Source: Patescibacteria group bacterium (GTDB lineage Bacteria; Patescibacteriota; Microgenomatia; Daviesbacterales; UBA10151). From it: 64,000 nt of DNA. Of the stretch, positions 8,207 to 20,010 are shown in pieces. How positions within the stretch are numbered: position 1 is the stretch's first letter; every line of letters begins with the position of its first letter. The stretch is from assembly GCA_943356485.1 (NCBI GenBank), contig CALRFD010000001.1, forward strand, positions 137,716 through 201,715, read 5' to 3'. The notes below the pieces were generated by a model. It did no database searches, was not told the origin of the DNA, and saw only the letters and a program-made list of their open reading frames with translations. Position numbers and translations under genes: made by a program.

Positions 8207-9973
8207 ATGAATAGAGAGTCACCGGAAGGATCCTTTTTAGACAAAATAAACAGAGCAGATTTAAAGAAAGTTATTACTCCAACAACCCCCTTTACCCATC
8301 TTACCACTGAGGTTTATTTGCCAGAGGCTGGACTTTGGGGTAGCGGCGGATTGGGAATTTTAAATGGGGATACAGCAGGGATTGTCAGGAGGCTTGGATT
8401 TTCATACAGGCTATTGACTCTGGCTTACGCCGAGCGCACTTCACAAGAATTAGACGGGTTTCACCAAAGAATCAATCATCAGGCAGTTGCTCCTGAGAGT
8501 CGATTGGTAATAAGAGGCAGTAGTAATATCGGCGCTAATCATGATGAGATAGATCTGGGTGTTCTTGGTTCTAGTGATTATCCGGTTGTTGGATTATATG
8601 AAAATGGTTTGAAAAGTGCCTATTGGGGCAGTAGAGATAGTGACCATAGGTTATATCAGATGGCTGTTTTGGGTTTTGGGGGATATCAAGTTCTCCATCG
8701 GGAAGGAGTTGAACCATCATTTATTAGGTTGGATGAAGCCTCCTCCTCATTGTTTGCTTTAGCTAGACTGGATGGCTATATAAAAAACATACAGGCGCGT
8801 GGTATAGAAATTACCCCGGTAATATTTAACTTTATTTTAAAAGGAGCTAGAAAATCAGTTGGGTATACTAATCACACATTAGTTCCGGCCTCAGTTTCGA
8901 CTTTTGACCAGCGTCAGGTAGAAAGTTATATTTTCCCGAATTTGCAAAGCGATCTAATAAAGGATTGGCTAATAGATATGATGAACCAAACAGGCCGGCT
9001 GGACACCAGTGTTTTGACCTCTACTTTGGCAGGGAAATATAATGGTGTGAGCCAGATGCATGCGGCAATAGCCAGCGGAAGGTTTTACCGCGTTGATGGT
9101 ACACCGGTTAATTTTTCTGCCATCACCAATGGTGTTGATATGCAAAGGTGGACTTATAAAGACCTCTACGATCTTTATAGAGATGGAATTATAGATTGCT
9201 ATGAGTTGCCGGAAGTAGGCTTTGCAGGAAAAATAGAAAATTTGCCGGTTGAAAGACTATATCAAATTAAACAAGAAGCCAAGCAAGAATTGCTGGATTT
9301 TTTGAAAGGGAGAGCAAACCAGTATGAGCAAGCGATTGATATCCCGGGTAACGCAACTGTTGTTTGTTGGGGGAAAAGGATGGCAGATTATAAAAGGCCG
9401 GAATTACTTTTGGAAGATAATGACCGACTAAAGCAGATATTAGTTGAACAGAATATGCACGTACTTATTACCGGTAAGGCGCATGAAGAAGATCATAAGA
9501 TGAGAGGTTTACTACATGATATATTAACCAGGATCAATCAGGATGAAGTACTAAAACAAAGGATGCATTTTGTAGTCGATTATGATACTGCGCTGGCTGA
9601 AAAGTTGGTTGCAGGGGTTGATATCTGGCTGAATGTGCCAGAAGTAGGTAGGGAGGCTTGCGGAACATCTATCTGGAAGGCTTTGGCAAATCTTTCCACA
9701 ATAGTCGCGACAGAAGATGGTGGAATAGCAGATATTAAACCTGCGGTCTATCTGCAGGTGCAAGGTGATAATAGATATGAAGAGGTAAAGTCAATGTATC
9801 AGCAGCTGGAAAATGCCGGCAGAATTACCAGAAACATTCAAAGCTGGGGTAGTCAGGTGAAAAGCCAACTTAGCGCATACTTACCGATTATTGCCGGTGG
9901 GAGAATGATGCAGGATTATTTAAACTTTGCCTTTCCTAGAAAGGCTTTAGCTCCAGACTCATATGCATATTGA
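8207..9973 (+). CDS. glgP: Divergent alpha-glucan (glycogen/maltodextrin) phosphorylase, GT35
   Basis: SGGLGILNGD, YTNHTLVP, NGVSQMH, AITNGV, KRMADYKR, GKAH, DIWLNVP and EACGTSIWKA (PLP-lysine motif). Start moved to 8207 to avoid overlap with thpR and to follow the promoter. Confidence 0.85.
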   Translation: MNRESPEGSFLDKINRADLKKVITPTTPFTHLTTEVYLPEAGLWGSGGLGILNGDTAGIVRRLGFSYRLLTLAYAERTSQELDGFHQRINHQAVAPESRLVIRGSSNIGANHDEIDLGVLGSSDYPVVGLYENGLKSAYWGSRDSDHRLYQMAVLGFGGYQVLHREGVEPSFIRLDEASSSLFALARLDGYIKNIQARGIEITPVIFNFILKGARKSVGYTNHTLVPASVSTFDQRQVESYIFPNLQSDLIKDWLIDMMNQTGRLDTSVLTSTLAGKYNGVSQMHAAIASGRFYRVDGTPVNFSAITNGVDMQRWTYKDLYDLYRDGIIDCYELPEVGFAGKIENLPVERLYQIKQEAKQELLDFLKGRANQYEQAIDIPGNATVVCWGKRMADYKRPELLLEDNDRLKQILVEQNMHVLITGKAHEEDHKMRGLLHDILTRINQDEVLKQRMHFVVDYDTALAEKLVAGVDIWLNVPEVGREACGTSIWKALANLSTIVATEDGGIADIKPAVYLQVQGDNRYEEVKSMYQQLENAGRITRNIQSWGSQVKSQLSAYLPIIAGGRMMQDYLNFAFPRKALAPDSYAY

Positions 9974-10538
9974 ACAAGAAGGAAATACCTTAGCAGGACA
10001 AGTTTGGGAGAAACATGAACTAACACAAAAAGCCTCTTTGGCCAAAGAGGCTTTAGTCAGGTTACTCTCAGAAGAAGTAGTAGATGGTTTAAGGCATTAC
10101 TTTGGAGCTCCACAGCCAGAGTCAGGAGTCTTTTTTGATAAGCAGTTTGGAAATGTTGGTATAACAATTAATCCAGGATTTAAAGTTCCCCAGTCAGAGC
10201 CGGAACTATTTTTTGGCAGACAGTTTAGCCTAGGAAATAATTCAGATTCTCACTGGGAATTTTGCCGTTCTGGCGGATTCCGCCAGGTTATATTTGAAAC
10301 AAACCAGAATACTGCTTTGGGTGACCGGAGTTTAAGGAGGTTTATGATTAGAGGTTCTCATCCTGAAAATAGATCCGGTGAGTGGGAAGTTGAATTTATA
10401 ATCGGAGGATCGGGAATTATGAAAAGAGAAAATAGAGAAGCATTAATTTTTGAGCAGGCAGACGCTTTACTAGTTTTAACTATTTTAGGTGGAATTAAGG
10501 ATCAGCTTGAAAGATTAAAGTTAAATAAAAGAAGATAA
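9963..10538 (+). CDS. Hypothetical protein (191 aa)
   Basis: ORF overlapping the phosphorylase stop; no motif. Confidence 0.7.
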   Translation: MHIEQEGNTLAGQVWEKHELTQKASLAKEALVRLLSEEVVDGLRHYFGAPQPESGVFFDKQFGNVGITINPGFKVPQSEPELFFGRQFSLGNNSDSHWEFCRSGGFRQVIFETNQNTALGDRSLRRFMIRGSHPENRSGEWEVEFIIGGSGIMKRENREALIFEQADALLVLTILGGIKDQLERLKLNKRR

Positions 10539-10559
10539 AGAGCAAGCGAAAGATTAAAT

Positions 10560-10588
10560 TTGACAGAAGATTACATTTTTAGTAAGAT
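10560..10588 (+). promoter_or_regulatory. Sigma70-type promoter upstream of the SAM riboswitch
   Basis: TTGACA-17 nt-TAAGAT. Confidence 0.6.
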
Positions 10589-10606
10589 TATTTTTATAAT
10601 TAAATA

Positions 10607-10808
10607 TTAATCAAGAGTGATGGCCTCTTTCGCTAAAGCTTCAAAGGCTAAAGGGAGAGATAGAGATTTGGCTCGAAATCATCCAGCAACCCTTCGACTC
10701 GCTGATACTCGCTCAGGGCTATAGCCCTTTGTAAGTTTAGGCAAAGTCGGGATCGGGTGCTACACCCAAACCTTTACCTCGCCTTTGGCGGGCGAAAGGG
10801 AGGATTAG
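10607..10808 (+). ncRNA. SAM-I (S-box) riboswitch with repeat insertions
   Basis: S-box hallmarks in order: taATCAAGAG (10608-10617), GAGATTTGGCTC, CAGCAACC, GGTGCTA, CCAAA (can pair with loop TTTGG as the pseudoknot) and closing GATTA (10803-10807). It precedes a Cys/Met PLP enzyme. Confidence 0.8.
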
Positions 10809-10838
10809 TCCTGAGCGAAGTCGAAGGAAAAAACATGT

Positions 10839-10864
10839 AACCTCTCTTTCAAGAGAGGTTTTTT
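10839..10864 (+). terminator. Intrinsic terminator / RBS-sequestering hairpin of the riboswitch expression platform
   Basis: AACCTCTCT-ttca-AGAGAGGTT followed by a T run, immediately before ATG 10866; the 3' arm contains an SD-like AGAGAGG. Confidence 0.75.
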
Positions 10865-10865
10865 A

Positions 10866-12023
10866 ATGGCTATAGAAACAAAAACAAATGTACCATCATT
10901 CATAGATTTAGAAGATGTGCTTGCAGCGCAAGAAGCTAAGAGAAATCACCAAGCCCGGGATTTATATCCCAGAGATGGCAGCCTGGGTCTGTTTTCCTTA
11001 GAGGAGGAAATAGCTACGTATCTATCAGTAAGACGGGGATCGCTACTGCTTTATAATACCGGAATGTCGGCAGTAGTAGATGCGCTTGAGGTAAATAATC
11101 CTACTTTCGGCACAAAAATTGTCAGAGGTGCGCAGCAATACAGTCAGGCAGGCGGCTATATTTCTCAAGATTTAAAACAAAGAGGCGCTAAATCATATTT
11201 AGTTGATGCAGGATCAATTGAAGATCTAGACCATGTTTTAATAAAACATGAACCTGACATAGTATTTTTAGAGACAGTGACAAACGGATCTGAAATGGCG
11301 GTTTTGGATGTAGAACAATTTTTAAAACTGGATTCTTTGGCACGGATCAATCCGGTGATTATCTTAGACCATACCTTACCAACATCTTCTGGAAAACGAT
11401 TATCAGAGATTATTGAAGCCTCGCAAAGAAGAGTTATCGGTGTAGAGAGCGGAACTAAGTTTATCGGTATGAATACGGAAATGAGCGGGATTGCTTATAC
11501 AAATAATGATGAATTGCTGACAAGATTAAAACAAAGACGGCAGAGAACAGGTTCTTTACTCAGTAGCTCTGCCGCTGAAACGATCCAAAGAGTAATGCCT
11601 AGGAATGTTGATGAATATAATAAAAGGAACATTCGTATTTTAAGAAATACATCCAGGTTAGCACAGGCTTGTTACAGTGCAGAGTCAGGGCAGTCAGGTT
11701 TTATTGTTACATATCCAAACCTACCTTCTCATCCTCAGTTTGAGTATGTTAAAACTGCTTATCCAGACGGAGCTGCGCCGGTATTTTTTATCCAGCTTAC
11801 CAATTTTGCTGAAAATGGTCACCATGAATTAACCAGGGCATTGTGGAGGAATGACACCATAAGATTAATGTGTGAGCTGGGGCAAAGTTTCGGGTTTGAT
11901 AAATCTAGAATTTGGCCGGATGATCACGCTCCGGTAGTAAGGGTTAGTGGCGGAACTTATTTGCCCAAAGAAGAGATAGAGTTGGAGAGAGCCTTTTACC
12001 TTGTTTTATCCTCTTTAAAATAA
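10866..12023 (+). CDS. Cys/Met metabolism PLP-dependent enzyme (cystathionine gamma-synthase/lyase or methionine gamma-lyase family), divergent
   Basis: TGMSAV, FLETVTN, ILDHT, SGTKF (PLP lysine), YPNLPSHPQ, SFG; upstream S-box. Confidence 0.8.
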   Translation: MAIETKTNVPSFIDLEDVLAAQEAKRNHQARDLYPRDGSLGLFSLEEEIATYLSVRRGSLLLYNTGMSAVVDALEVNNPTFGTKIVRGAQQYSQAGGYISQDLKQRGAKSYLVDAGSIEDLDHVLIKHEPDIVFLETVTNGSEMAVLDVEQFLKLDSLARINPVIILDHTLPTSSGKRLSEIIEASQRRVIGVESGTKFIGMNTEMSGIAYTNNDELLTRLKQRRQRTGSLLSSSAAETIQRVMPRNVDEYNKRNIRILRNTSRLAQACYSAESGQSGFIVTYPNLPSHPQFEYVKTAYPDGAAPVFFIQLTNFAENGHHELTRALWRNDTIRLMCELGQSFGFDKSRIWPDDHAPVVRVSGGTYLPKEEIELERAFYLVLSSLK

Positions 12024-12032
12024 GGAGAAGTT

Positions 12033-14373
<2,341 letters not shown>

Positions 14374-14415
14374 TAAGTATTACTTATACCAAGTAAAGAT
14401 GTCTTTTGCCAAGGG

Positions 14416-17400
14416 TTAAATTGGGGAAGGGGTGGGAATCTCTGTTAAATCAATGCCTCGTGATTTAGCTCTTTCGACTACTTGTTGACCATACTCAGGT
14501 CGATCGACTCTTTTATATCTATCAACTGCTTCTTGATAAGCTTGTCTAGCTTTATCCGGATCTCCCCTTTGTATATAAAGCTCTGCGAGAGCAACATGAC
14601 TGCTGATTGGAAAGTATGGGTCATGTTCTTGACCATCTTCAAACGTCTGGATTGCCTCTTTAATTTGTCCGTTACCTTGATAAAGTCTTGCTAACTGGTA
14701 AGAAGAAACATAATAAGCATCTGGCTCCGAAGTTTTCAATCCCGCATAGATACCAATAAGCTCTGCGCGAATTTGTTTTGCTTTTTCAGTATCTCCACTT
14801 TTTTCGTAGAGCTCACAAATTCTGTAGTAATCAGTTTTCAAATAGCGATTATCACGATCTTTTACCTGTTCTAATAAGGATATTGCCTCATTTATTTTCC
14901 CACTTTTTTCATAAATATCTACCAATTTGAATACATTCGCTGTTCCATATTCTCTTGTCCAAAAACTTTTATCAGTTTCCTCTCCCTGAAGCATAACATT
15001 GTTTGCTTGATCTGCTTGTCCAGCTTTTTCATAAATAGAAGCGAGTTGAACATACCCACCACTTGCCACTTCGGGATTATAGAATTTAGGATCTTTAGTT
15101 TCTGCTTCAAGACTAGTATCAATTGCCTCTGGTAATTTACCAGCTTCTGCGTAAAGATTAACAAGTTGAGAATAAGCTCCAGTGTAGGAAGCCTCCCAGA
15201 ATTTTTGACTTTTAGCCTTTGCTTTCTCACATATTGCAATAGCTTTATCAACTTGATTATTTCTGGCATATAAACTAGCTAATTGCCCATAAACAGGGCC
15301 ATAATTTCGATTCCAAAACAACTCAGGATTAGCTACAGCCACTTCTTCATATAAACTAATTGTTTTTTCATCTTCGCCTCTATAAACTCGAGCTAAAGTA
15401 GTAATATTATTATCTTCTTGGAAAAATATTTCAGGAGAACCAATTCTTACTTCTTCTAACATAGCCACTGCTTGGATTGGATCTTTTTGCTCACCATTTA
15501 AATATAATCCTGAAGCATACTGATAAACGCTTTTAGCGTAAAATCTTTTTTCTTTAGTCTTTATTTCATTGGCAAATTCAACCGCTTTATTTAAAACAGT
15601 AGGATCTTTTTTGCTCTGTTCCAAATAAAGCTCCATCAGTTTCTGGAAAGGAGGAGAATAGTCGGCTGCATCCCAAAATTGTGTTTCTTGAACTTTGCTA
15701 AACTGTTCATATACCTCTATCTTTTTCTCTGTTTGATCATCGTATGATGAAACTATCTCCCATACATTTGATGATTCTGAATAAAAAAGTGTAGGATTTT
15801 CGTTTAGTGCTTGCTCCATTAAAGACAAAGCACGTGCTCTATCTTGTTCAGCCACCTCTCCTGTTTTATTATCTGCTTGATACCTAATGTGTCTTGCTAG
15901 ATCATGAATCTTTTTATAATAGGCCTGTGGATTTTTTGCCTTCGTTTCTTCAAAGATTTGTAAAGCTCTATCAACTTCTCTTTCATATGCATACATTAAA
16001 GCATGGTCAGTACTCATACCTTCCCAATAAAGAGTTGGCCGCTCTTTTTTAGTTCTCTCTAGAAAGGCTAACCCCTCTTCTCTTGGCAATAAACTTGCAT
16101 ATCCGGTATATGCTCTAGTATCGTATGGGCTCATTTCGAGATGTTTTCTAAATAGATAAATACCGACATCTTTATATGCAGCGTTGATAAATTGAGCAGT
16201 ATTATTAGTGAACGAAGAATTAATAAAAAGATAACCATCTTTGTCAGGAGCAGTTATTAAGTGAGGATAGGGAATATTTGCTCTCCATATTTCTTGTTGT
16301 CCTGTATAAGGATTGATTCTAATAATTAAACGTGGAGTTTCTTTTATCTCTTGTAGCTGTTGTGGGTTTGTGATTACTTGAGAGATATTTTCAGTCATAT
16401 ACATAAGAATACGGGCATCTGTAGGGATAAATCGGGAATTAGCTGTAGCTAACTTAGTGTATTTCAATGCAGATTCAACTTCTGGGTCTTTAATGCCAGG
16501 ATTATTTTTTCTAATACGTTCAACCAACTCATCATCAGTTTTATCCTCTAAACCATATCTATTTCCAAAATTTGCATCAATAACTAACTTATTTCCACTA
16601 GGGAGATCACCTTCAAAGCAAACATGACCCTCGGTTCTATTATCCAAGATTTCTTTAACAGAATTTGCCCGTGCATTTACACCTAAATATTTTGATATTG
16701 CCAAAAGCACATTGACTTTACCTGCACAAATAGCATCTTCGTTTTCAAGCACCTCTGTTAAATTGGTGGAACCTTGATGAGGAAAAATACGATCTACCTT
16801 ATTAGCTATAGGAACAAAGAGGGCTTGCATTTGTCTATCTAAATTAGCAAGCCTATCTTTCTTTTCATCTTCACTTAAATCTGAAGCTCGTATTTCTTGA
16901 GCTTGTTGCTGTAAAGTAGAAACTCTTGATTTTGTGCCAACAAGATCTATAGCTTCATCTGTATCAGTCTCTCTATTAAAAGAGCTTTCAATTGCTGGCC
17001 GACACCTTTCTTTAAACTGACCCTCTAATTCCTGGATTTTTTGTTTCTTATCGTCATCTGATAATGAGGAGTTACTGACTTGAGCAATTTCGTCTCTAAG
17101 TTTATTGAAATCTTCGGCAAGACCATCCCTTTCGATTATTTGTGTATATGCAGGGTCTGCTTCTCTTCCCTCTAAACAGGCAGTCAGTTTTCTAAATTTG
17201 CCATTAAGACCAAGCGGGCGTTGCACTCTATCCAACACTCTTACTGCATTGAGGGTAAATGCTGTTTCTAAATATTCATCTATTAAATTATCAGCTAGCG
17301 TTGCTCCTTGGCGAGGTTCTAAGTGAGAAGAAATAAGCCTTACTGCTCTTGGTTCTTGAATCAATTTACCAAGTCTTTGAGCGTAACTCTCATGAGTAGA

Positions 17401-18000
17401 AGAAGTAGGATGCCCATCAGCTCCTCTAACAGTTTTTGTAGTGGGGTTATTTAACCTTACTATGTTGTTTTCTAACAAGTCTTGATAGTAAGTTCTTTCA
17501 GCATCATTACTACAAAGGCTTTGAGCAATTTCGTCTACAGTATGTTCCCATGCATCGATCTTAACTCCAAGTTCAGCAACTTCATTAGTAGGTTCGTGGC
17601 CTAATACACTACTAAAAACTCTAGCTTTGGCAGTGATCTCAGCTAATTTATCAAGTAATTTAGGGTTGTTTCCTAAAAGTTCTTGGACAAAGTGGTCTTG
17701 GTTAGCTACTACCCTTTGCTCAGGTGCAAGCCTAGAAGAATCAGTCATAATACCTTGAGAAGCTTGTTCAAATAAAGAGTGACGTAGTTGTGATGTTAAT
17801 TCTGTAATGCCCAATAAACTAGCAGCTTTAGTTTGTGTTTCAGGGGATAATTTTAAGGTATCATCTTCTGCTATTTTAACCCCTCCCTGTTCTCGAAGGG
17901 TATAGGTCATGCCAAGCGCAGATTTAGCAAATCTGTCCTGTGCAGTCCCACTTATTGATTTTGCAAACTCTTCTGATCCGCCTTCTGTATGTTCTGCCAT
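14416..18000 (-). CDS. Large protein with transglutaminase-like Cys-His-Asp motifs and C-terminal TPR-like repeats
   Basis: 1194 aa; AICAGKVNVLL..GHVCFE..VIDANF; repeated helical units such as LASLYARNNQVDKAIAICEKA and LARLYQGNGQIKEAIQTFED. Confidence 0.75.
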   Translation of the reverse strand: MAEHTEGGSEEFAKSISGTAQDRFAKSALGMTYTLREQGGVKIAEDDTLKLSPETQTKAASLLGITELTSQLRHSLFEQASQGIMTDSSRLAPEQRVVANQDHFVQELLGNNPKLLDKLAEITAKARVFSSVLGHEPTNEVAELGVKIDAWEHTVDEIAQSLCSNDAERTYYQDLLENNIVRLNNPTTKTVRGADGHPTSSTHESYAQRLGKLIQEPRAVRLISSHLEPRQGATLADNLIDEYLETAFTLNAVRVLDRVQRPLGLNGKFRKLTACLEGREADPAYTQIIERDGLAEDFNKLRDEIAQVSNSSLSDDDKKQKIQELEGQFKERCRPAIESSFNRETDTDEAIDLVGTKSRVSTLQQQAQEIRASDLSEDEKKDRLANLDRQMQALFVPIANKVDRIFPHQGSTNLTEVLENEDAICAGKVNVLLAISKYLGVNARANSVKEILDNRTEGHVCFEGDLPSGNKLVIDANFGNRYGLEDKTDDELVERIRKNNPGIKDPEVESALKYTKLATANSRFIPTDARILMYMTENISQVITNPQQLQEIKETPRLIIRINPYTGQQEIWRANIPYPHLITAPDKDGYLFINSSFTNNTAQFINAAYKDVGIYLFRKHLEMSPYDTRAYTGYASLLPREEGLAFLERTKKERPTLYWEGMSTDHALMYAYEREVDRALQIFEETKAKNPQAYYKKIHDLARHIRYQADNKTGEVAEQDRARALSLMEQALNENPTLFYSESSNVWEIVSSYDDQTEKKIEVYEQFSKVQETQFWDAADYSPPFQKLMELYLEQSKKDPTVLNKAVEFANEIKTKEKRFYAKSVYQYASGLYLNGEQKDPIQAVAMLEEVRIGSPEIFFQEDNNITTLARVYRGEDEKTISLYEEVAVANPELFWNRNYGPVYGQLASLYARNNQVDKAIAICEKAKAKSQKFWEASYTGAYSQLVNLYAEAGKLPEAIDTSLEAETKDPKFYNPEVASGGYVQLASIYEKAGQADQANNVMLQGEETDKSFWTREYGTANVFKLVDIYEKSGKINEAISLLEQVKDRDNRYLKTDYYRICELYEKSGDTEKAKQIRAELIGIYAGLKTSEPDAYYVSSYQLARLYQGNGQIKEAIQTFEDGQEHDPYFPISSHVALAELYIQRGDPDKARQAYQEAVDRYKRVDRPEYGQQVVERAKSRGIDLTEIPTPSPI

Positions 18001-18213
18001 GCTGTATCAGTGTATCAAAAAGACATTATTATCCCAAAATATTTTACTTTTTATGAAAGCAATATAAGGTTTTAACTCGCAGGATGAAGCAGTTGATACT
18101 TATTAAGGAATATAATTTAACCTAAGGATAGGCATGGATAAATTCCCTTCAAGCTTTTGGCCTGCTAGGCCAAAGCGCTTCAGGATTCTACTACAGCTGA
18201 TATAATCAGGGTG

Positions 18214-18777
18214 ATGAAGATAGTTTTGATCAGACATTCAAAATCTCTGGTTAATCCAGATATTTCCATAACCAGCTGGGGACTATCTGCAGAAGGTATG
18301 ATACTTGCCAAAAAGTTAAATTCTCTCCCGCAGATTAAAACGATCCAGGTAGTTTATTCAAGTTTACAACCTAAAGCACTGGAGACGGCAGTTTTGGCCA
18401 CCAAAAACCTGGATATTCCCATAAAAACGGATGATGGGCTGACTGAATCCACCTCTTTTACAAATAAGTTTGTCAGTTTAAAAGAACTTGAAGAAAATAC
18501 CAGGAAATATTATGCAGAAAAAACTTGCAGTATTAACGGCGGTGAAACTTTTAAAGAGGCGCAGGAGCGTTTCGCAAAAGCTCTAGAAGATATTGTCAAA
18601 AAAGAACAGGGTAAGGAAAATATTGGCATTGTTTCCCATGGAAATATTCTGGCCGGATTTGTCAGTCAAATGACTTCTGAGGATCCACTTGAGATTGTGC
18701 AAAAAATACGTCAACCGGATGTGGCTGTGTTTGATTGGGAGACAAAACAGTTTGTTAGGGGGTTTGGGGAGGTATAG
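18214..18777 (+). CDS. Histidine phosphatase (phosphoglycerate mutase-like) family protein
   Basis: LIRHS, SS...KALET, GGET, IVSHG; TATAAT 7 nt upstream of ATG 18214. Confidence 0.85.
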   Translation: MKIVLIRHSKSLVNPDISITSWGLSAEGMILAKKLNSLPQIKTIQVVYSSLQPKALETAVLATKNLDIPIKTDDGLTESTSFTNKFVSLKELEENTRKYYAEKTCSINGGETFKEAQERFAKALEDIVKKEQGKENIGIVSHGNILAGFVSQMTSEDPLEIVQKIRQPDVAVFDWETKQFVRGFGEV

Positions 18778-18840
18778 AGATGGTTCAAAAAAGGAGAGGT
18801 GCGAAGCTAATCCAAATGGAAGGTGGCAGCTTTAAGAGAA

Positions 18841-19782
18841 TTATTTCTTAAGAGATTCAATAAATTTTTCTAAGTCAATTTTATCAATCCTAATAAATTT
18901 TCCTCCAAGTTTAACTGCTTTTAAATCTCCACGCCTTACATACCTTCTCACACTCTCTGGATCAACCTGCAAAAGCTTTGCTACCTCATCTGTTGTGTAA
19001 AAACGTTGATCCAAAGCTGGCTCTTCTGCACTTACTCTTCCTGGCTCAACTGTCTCAAGATAAATATCCAAAGATCTATCTACTGCTTCAAGCATTAAAT
19101 CATAATAATCAACTAGATCATTTTTTGTCTGGCCTTTTTCTAGGGAGTTAATATATTCACTGCGATCTTCTTTGCGAATGATAGCTGAAGGGAAACCAGC
19201 TTGCATCAGAAGTAAATTTAGTAATAATCGTGCAGTTCTCCCATTGCCATCAACAAAAGGATGAATACTAACTAATTTATAATGAGCATCGATAGCAATT
19301 TTAACAGGATGATCAGAATTATCACTTTGTAACCAGGCAATAAATTCATCCATTAATTCCGGTACTTTTAGAGGATTAGGTAAAATTGTTTCTGAACCTC
19401 GTAGACGCACGGCCACGGTTCGGTATCTGCCTTTGTTTATATCATCAATTTTATTTAAGATAATGCTATGGATATCCAAGATATCTTTTGCAGTTAATTC
19501 TTGTCTTTTTTTGTTAACGAGGGTTTGAATATAGTCAAAAGCTTTTGCATGATTAATTGCTTCTTGATGCTCTGTTAAGCTTTTACCTTTAACAGTAATA
19601 CCTTCTTCCACCACCATGGCTGTTTCTTGGCGTGTTAAAGTATTGCCTTCTATAGCATTTGAGGTATAGGTTAGTTCTATCCGGAACCATTCTTCGAGGT
19701 TTTTAATAAGCTCATTTTGGAGTGGTTTGTAGCTATCTAGGTGTTGTTTTTTAGCTTGTAACTTAAGTAATTTATTATCCAT
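18841..19782 (-). CDS. Fic-domain protein with a C-terminal excisionase-like HTH
   Basis: SNAIEGN inhibitory motif, HPFVDGNGRTAR, C-terminal FYTTDEVAKLLQVDPESVRRYVRRGDLKAVKLGGKFIRI. Confidence 0.92.
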   Translation of the reverse strand: MDNKLLKLQAKKQHLDSYKPLQNELIKNLEEWFRIELTYTSNAIEGNTLTRQETAMVVEEGITVKGKSLTEHQEAINHAKAFDYIQTLVNKKRQELTAKDILDIHSIILNKIDDINKGRYRTVAVRLRGSETILPNPLKVPELMDEFIAWLQSDNSDHPVKIAIDAHYKLVSIHPFVDGNGRTARLLLNLLLMQAGFPSAIIRKEDRSEYINSLEKGQTKNDLVDYYDLMLEAVDRSLDIYLETVEPGRVSAEEPALDQRFYTTDEVAKLLQVDPESVRRYVRRGDLKAVKLGGKFIRIDKIDLEKFIESLKK

Positions 19783-20010
19783 ACAAGGCTATTTTATACT
19801 ACACAAAGCAATAAGTCAATAGCCATATGTATTATAGAGTAGTATTAATTGTCTAATCGTTCTTATACACCATAGGCGAAAAATAGGCGATTTGTAGTCG
19901 ATTGTCAATGACGATACTTAGTCTAATGGTCATTATGTTCTGGATGATTACAGAATAATTCTTCACCTGTTTGCTTTTTCTGCAAGATTTCCGAAACAAC
20001 TAAACTCGGT

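Noticed and set aside
18151-18180. Hairpin TTTGGCCT-gct-AGGCCAAA between divergent genes
   Set aside because: It is single-copy in this window and has no T tract. It may belong to another repeat family but cannot be supported here.
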